Shown piece by piece: positions 50,577-55,114 of a stretch of DNA of 55,114 nucleotides. The stretch covers positions 1 through 55,114 of the forward strand of contig CBDUAP010000001.1 of NCBI GenBank assembly GCA_965365165.1, read 5' to 3'. This stretch comes from an uncultured Flavobacteriaceae bacterium. GTDB lineage: Bacteria; Bacteroidota; Bacteroidia; Flavobacteriales; Flavobacteriaceae. Numbering within the stretch: the stretch's first letter is position 1; every line of letters begins with the position of its first letter. Made by a program: the position numbers and the translations under genes. The notes under the pieces were generated by a model, which had not been told where the DNA came from, ran no database searches, and saw nothing but the letters and a program-made list of their open reading frames with translations.

Positions 50577-52265
50577 ATGAACCATTTTTTTAAAAACGTA
50601 ATTTGGGCATTCTTAATTGCTTCTGCCTTCAGCACCTATGCTCAACACAGCAATAAAGGAGTTTTTGATATATCCGAAACAGAGCGTAAAATTGATTCTT
50701 TATTTGGCGATTATGAAAACGAACCCGGAATTTCAATCGGAATTGTTTTTGGTGATTCCTTGATTTTTCAAAGACAATACGGACTCGCAAATTTGGAATA
50801 CAATATTCCTATAACCAATAAAACTTCTTTCCATGTCGCCTCTGTTTCAAAACAATTTACGGCTTTCGCTATTTTATTGCTTGAAAGAGATGGAAAGTTA
50901 TCGTTAGAGGATGATATACGAAAGTATATTCCCGAAATGAAGGTAAAAAACAAAAAAATATCTATTCAAAACCTTTTAAATCATACAAGTGGCTTAAAAG
51001 ACCAATGGAATTTATTAAGGCTTGCAGGTTGGCGGCTCGACGATATGATTTCGAATGAGCAAGTGTTAAACCTTATTTACAATCAGCAAAGTTTAAATTT
51101 TTCACCAAACGATGACTTTATGTATTGTAATTCAGGATATACGCTTTTGGCTGAAATAGTTTCGAGATTATCCGACATGTCATTTGCCGATTTCGCTCAA
51201 CAAAGAATATTCGCCCCGATCGGAATGAACAATACCGCATTTATAGATCAGGAAGGAATGGTGATACCCCATAGGGCACTCTCTTATTATAAAGAAGGAA
51301 ATGTTTACAGAGAAGACATGTTCAACAATACAAGCGTTGGTGCAACAAACTTATCTACAACGATCGAAGATTTAAGTAAATGGGCTCTTAACTTTAACAA
51401 ACCAAAAGCAGGCACAAATGAAATATTTGAAAAAATGGCGGAGCTTCATTATTTAAACAATGGGGAAAAGATAAATTATGGCTATGGTCAGGTTATTGAT
51501 ACATACAAGGGGGTTCCCAGAATTTCGCATAGCGGTTTAGACGCAAGTTATCAGGCGTATATCGGCAGGTTTCCGCAGCAACAAATCAGTTTGCTCTTAG
51601 TTTCGAATAATTCTTCAATAAATGGAGGAAGAACCGTACAACAACTCACAGAAATCTGTTTGAAAGGCCATTTAAAGATGGCTCCCGGAAAAAACAATGA
51701 GAAAGAAAGGATAACTAAGTCACCTGTTAAATTAAGCAACAAGGATCTTAAAATTTATCAGGGCCATTACTGGAATAAAAAAGACAGGTATTCAAGACAA
51801 ATCGTATTCGAAAATGACACATTGTATTATGCAAGAGAAAATGGAAACAAAACAGGATTAGTCCCTGTAGGCCGTTCTGAATTTGAAATGACGGGAGATG
51901 AATATATTTCTGTTGCTTTTAAGGATAATGGCTTGACCTTAATGTTTGATGATGGTTATACGATTGAATTCCAAAAGTATGTGCCGGCAAATCATAATTC
52001 AGACAGTTTGTCAGAATTTAAAGGAAAATATTTCTCTAAGGAATTGAATACTTTTTATTCTTTTAATGTTAAAGACGGGCTATTAATAGCAAATCATCAA
52101 AGGCTTGGAGACTTTAAATTAAAGCCGATTATGAAAAATTACTTTTTAGGATCAGGTTCATTCCGGGAGATTAATTTTACAAGAGATTCTATGGAAAAGA
52201 TTATTGGCTTTGAGGTTTCGAGCAGTAGGGCAAAAAATATTTTATTTGAAAAAATAAAGGAATAA
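50577..52265 (+). CDS. Serine hydrolase (beta-lactamase/D-aminopeptidase fold)
   Basis: SVSK, LLNHTSG, YCN, HSG; signal peptide. Confidence 0.9.
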   Translation: MNHFFKNVIWAFLIASAFSTYAQHSNKGVFDISETERKIDSLFGDYENEPGISIGIVFGDSLIFQRQYGLANLEYNIPITNKTSFHVASVSKQFTAFAILLLERDGKLSLEDDIRKYIPEMKVKNKKISIQNLLNHTSGLKDQWNLLRLAGWRLDDMISNEQVLNLIYNQQSLNFSPNDDFMYCNSGYTLLAEIVSRLSDMSFADFAQQRIFAPIGMNNTAFIDQEGMVIPHRALSYYKEGNVYREDMFNNTSVGATNLSTTIEDLSKWALNFNKPKAGTNEIFEKMAELHYLNNGEKINYGYGQVIDTYKGVPRISHSGLDASYQAYIGRFPQQQISLLLVSNNSSINGGRTVQQLTEICLKGHLKMAPGKNNEKERITKSPVKLSNKDLKIYQGHYWNKKDRYSRQIVFENDTLYYARENGNKTGLVPVGRSEFEMTGDEYISVAFKDNGLTLMFDDGYTIEFQKYVPANHNSDSLSEFKGKYFSKELNTFYSFNVKDGLLIANHQRLGDFKLKPIMKNYFLGSGSFREINFTRDSMEKIIGFEVSSSRAKNILFEKIKE

Positions 52266-52359
52266 AAAACAAACAGAGCACCAAAACTTATTGATCCGAA
52301 GGTTGACAACAACCTTTACAGATGGAATCTTTGATTGGTTTGTCTTTTATTCAAGTTGA

Positions 52360-52389
52360 GAGTGCTCTATCAAATGATCTAGAGCACTC
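52360..52389. terminator. Stem-loop between convergent genes
   Basis: GAGTGCTCTA/TAGAGCACTC 10-bp stem; second hairpin AAGGTTG/CAACCTT at 52299-52316. Confidence 0.55.
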
Positions 52390-52448
52390 AAGTTTTCCTG
52401 ATTTATTGAACTCCTCGTACAGCTAAAATTCCTGTTGCGGCTTTTAAT

Positions 52449-52820
52449 TTAGTTCCTTTCAAATCCAAAAACTTTTGGAGCAAAAGTGGCATTTAATCCC
52501 ATGCCGATTGCAGCTTGTTTCATCTCTTCAGGAATATCACCACAGAATAAAAATTCTCCGGGAACGGCTATTTTCAGTAAATTTTCGAAATGCCCCGCTG
52601 CAGTGGTTCCTAAATGAAAGCCCACCGCATTGGCATCTGAAAAAAGATCCATAACGACCAGGGCAGATGATGATTCTTCAAAATAGCATTGAACCTTTAA
52701 TGCTCCCGGTTCATTAGCATTCATTTGGCTTTCTACCTCTTTGTATATCGCCTTTAATTCTTCTGAGTTTCCTTCTTTGGCAGTCCATTTATATACTACC
52801 ATTACTTCTTGATTTGTCAT
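52449..52820 (-). CDS. Small ABM-like (dimeric alpha+beta barrel) protein
   Basis: VVYKWTAKEG...ANEPGAL...FHL pattern; TATCTTTG box at 52852-52859 (-). Confidence 0.65.
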   Translation of the reverse strand: MTNQEVMVVYKWTAKEGNSEELKAIYKEVESQMNANEPGALKVQCYFEESSSALVVMDLFSDANAVGFHLGTTAAGHFENLLKIAVPGEFLFCGDIPEEMKQAAIGMGLNATFAPKVFGFERN

Positions 52821-52955
52821 AATTATTGTTTTTTTATAATTGATTACACTACAAAGATATGTCTATAATGTATACTTAACAGGTGTCATTTTAGACTATT
52901 TACAGGGTTGTTTACGACAAGATATTTTTATACCTTTGCCAATAATCCTTATATT

Positions 52956-53948
52956 ATGAAACATATCAGTATCATCGTCCCTGTAGGAAGCAGCATTGTC
53001 GATACCATTATTGCACCGTTTAATTTGTTCAAAATGGCAAACACTTATCATCAGCGATTAAATAAATTGGCTGAACCATTGTTCGCCATTGATCTGGTTG
53101 GCATCAATGAAGACCCGGTTACCTATCAAAACCTATTTACGATAAACCCTACGGCAAGTATAGAATCTGTGCGGAAAACGGATTTGATCATTATATCTCC
53201 AATCAGTGGAGATCTCGAAAGAGGTGTAAATGTCAACAAAAGCTTTGTAAACTGGATAAAGAAACAGCGTATTGTGAATGATGCAGAGTTAGCAAGTCTT
53301 TGTAAAGGCGCGTTTCTTCTGGCCGAAACAGGATTGGTGAATGGAAAGAATTGTGCGACACACTGGACGGCTCATGAATTATTCAGGCGAAAATATCCTG
53401 AAGTAAAACTGGTTCCTGAAAGCATCATATGTGAAGACAATGGGATTTATTCAAGTGGAGGTGCTTACTCTATCCTCAACTTCACCCTGTATCTGATCGA
53501 GCGATATTTTGGAAGGGAAACGGCGATCTGGACATCAAAGATTTCGGAGGTAGAATACGATCGGGTTAGTCAGCTTGAATTCATCGTATTCAGCGGGCAA
53601 AAGGAACACTCGGATGAGCCCATCAAAACGGCCCAGGAATTCATTGAGAACAACTATGAACAAAAACTCAATATCGAAGCCATTGCAGAGCGTGTTCATC
53701 TGAATGGCAGAAGTTTTCTGCGAAGGTTTAAAAAGGCTACTTCCAACACGCCTCTTGAATACATACAACGGGTGAGGATTGAGGCGGCAAAAAAGAAGCT
53801 TGAATCTACGACGAACACTATTACTGAGGTGATGTACAGCATAGGTTACTTGGATGAAAAAGCATTTCGAGGCACCTTTAAAAAACATTCGGGAATGTCT
53901 CCGAAAGAATACCAAATGAAGTATAACAGAGAAATGGCATATGCCTGA
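52956..53948 (+). CDS. GlxA-family AraC regulator (DJ-1/PfpI plus HTH)
   Basis: SLCKGAFLLAETG, ATHW, SSGG, AraC HTH; TACCTTTG box at 52931-52938 supports the 52956 start. Confidence 0.92.
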   Translation: MKHISIIVPVGSSIVDTIIAPFNLFKMANTYHQRLNKLAEPLFAIDLVGINEDPVTYQNLFTINPTASIESVRKTDLIIISPISGDLERGVNVNKSFVNWIKKQRIVNDAELASLCKGAFLLAETGLVNGKNCATHWTAHELFRRKYPEVKLVPESIICEDNGIYSSGGAYSILNFTLYLIERYFGRETAIWTSKISEVEYDRVSQLEFIVFSGQKEHSDEPIKTAQEFIENNYEQKLNIEAIAERVHLNGRSFLRRFKKATSNTPLEYIQRVRIEAAKKKLESTTNTITEVMYSIGYLDEKAFRGTFKKHSGMSPKEYQMKYNREMAYA

Positions 53949-54031
53949 ATTTGAAAGAAACTAATCCGGACTATAAAGAAATAAAAATGCCAATCGCCCT
54001 CTTTTCAAACTCTTGGTCACAATAAGCAAAA

Positions 54032-54925
54032 ATGAAAAAATTATTATTAACTATTTTTATATTACTAAGTTGCAATTCACTTTTTTCCCAAACTGAGCAT
54101 AACATTAAAAATGCCGGCAATATTATACATTTAAAAGTGTACGGGGAGGGAGCACCTTTATTGATCATCAATGGCGGCCCCGGTATGAACAGTAATGGTT
54201 TTATACCACTTGCCCAAAAATTAGGAGCATCAAACAAAGCAATTATTTATGACCAAAGAGGAACAGGGTTGTCCAAAATATCCTCATTAAATTCAAGGAC
54301 CATAACCCTCGATTTAATGGTTGAGGACATTGAGATGATACGGGAATTTCTAAAGATCGATAAATGGGTAATATTAGGACATTCATTTGGAGGGATGCTT
54401 GCTTCTTATTATGCTTCTGAACACCCTAACAGGGTTAAAGGGCTTATTCTATCTTCTTCAGGAGGAATTGACATGGAATTATTCTCAAGAATTAATATCA
54501 CTTCCAGACTCACAAAAAAACAAAGAGACTCGTTAAGTTTCTGGAACGATAAAATTTCAAAAGGAGATACGACTTATTATACCAGGCTGCAAAGAGGAAA
54601 ATATTTAGCTCCGGCCTATCTTTATAATCAAGTGAATGTTCCGATTGTAGCTGAAAGGTTGACACAGGGAAATACAATGATTAACCGATTGGTTTATCAA
54701 AACATGAGAAAAATCGATTTTGATTGTTCGGAAGGATTAAGAAGCCTGGAAGCACCTGTTTTAATTATTCAGGGGAAAGAAGATATTATCGATAAAGCGA
54801 CTGCAGAAAAAGCGATGCATGTTTTTCAAAATGCAAGCCTGGTTATTCTTGAAAATTGCAATCATTATGGTTGGCTCGACAGGCCAAAAGCATATTTTGA
54901 AAGCATAGATAACTTTTTGAAGTAA
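54032..54925 (+). CDS. Alpha/beta hydrolase (proline iminopeptidase-like), secreted
   Basis: NGGPG, YDQRGTGLS, GHSFGG, QGKED, CNHY. Confidence 0.87.
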   Translation: MKKLLLTIFILLSCNSLFSQTEHNIKNAGNIIHLKVYGEGAPLLIINGGPGMNSNGFIPLAQKLGASNKAIIYDQRGTGLSKISSLNSRTITLDLMVEDIEMIREFLKIDKWVILGHSFGGMLASYYASEHPNRVKGLILSSSGGIDMELFSRINITSRLTKKQRDSLSFWNDKISKGDTTYYTRLQRGKYLAPAYLYNQVNVPIVAERLTQGNTMINRLVYQNMRKIDFDCSEGLRSLEAPVLIIQGKEDIIDKATAEKAMHVFQNASLVILENCNHYGWLDRPKAYFESIDNFLK

Positions 54926-54969
54926 AGCCGGATTACTAGCTTGATCCAGATACGGACCGTTTCTGCAAA

Positions 54970-54989
54970 CCTGCCCGTCCGGCAGGCGG
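54970..54989. repeat. GC-rich REP-like palindrome
   Basis: CCTGCCCGTCCGGCAGGCGG, with a CCTGCC/GGCAGG stem, in an AT-rich intergenic region. Confidence 0.45.
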
Positions 54990-55114
54990 ATTTGATATTC
55001 AAAAAAAAGTATTAATTTCGTGGAAGTTGTTTTGTTCATATGAAAAATTACACCTTAAATGATTCTACAGACTCTGCGGAGCAGTTTTCCAAGTCCTTGG
55101 AATTTTTGCTTCCG

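Noticed and set aside
44503-52265. Two beta-lactamase-fold genes as resistance determinants
   Set aside because: SxxK/YxN/HSG motifs plus C-terminal extensions fit peptidases or esterases; resistance cannot be inferred from sequence.
43101-54032. Canonical complete integron, prophage or IS
   Set aside because: No integrase, transposase or phage gene in the window, and the sites only partly match the canonical attC consensus; kept only as an attC-like hypothesis.

Overview
Chromosomal segment of a Bacteroidota (Flavobacteriaceae-like) bacterium, inferred from gldA, tamL, a primary sigma factor lacking region 1.1, TAnnTTTG promoters and A-rich start regions. Positions 1-36 kb are mostly core genes: trmB, upp, a pheA-aminotransferase-tyrA-DAHP synthase/chorismate mutase operon, gldA, kdsA, tamL, fbaA, accD, rpsO, pnp, rpoD, rpe, recJ, a sigma54 two-component system divergent from a MacAB-like transporter, and hutH-hutU with a LysR regulator. 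Positions 36-43 kb hold a sugar nucleotidyltransferase/sugar kinase/GH92/GH3 cluster. Positions 43-55 kb are an accessory run of mostly co-oriented, mostly secreted hydrolases. Three signals stand out. (1) In the accessory run, spacers carry degenerate attC-like inverted-repeat sites ending in (CC)GTT-R-N6-AT shortly before start codons, suggesting an eroded gene-cassette array with no integrase in the window. (2) A complete ribosome-dependent attenuator, with a 26-aa leader peptide containing WFYFYFFY, precedes the aromatic amino acid operon. (3) A full sigma54 control region (tandem enhancer palindromes, IHF consensus, -24/-12 box) is followed by two unannotated small ORFs. I saw no rRNA, tRNA, CRISPR array, transposase or integrase. 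All family assignments come from motif recognition, not database searches.
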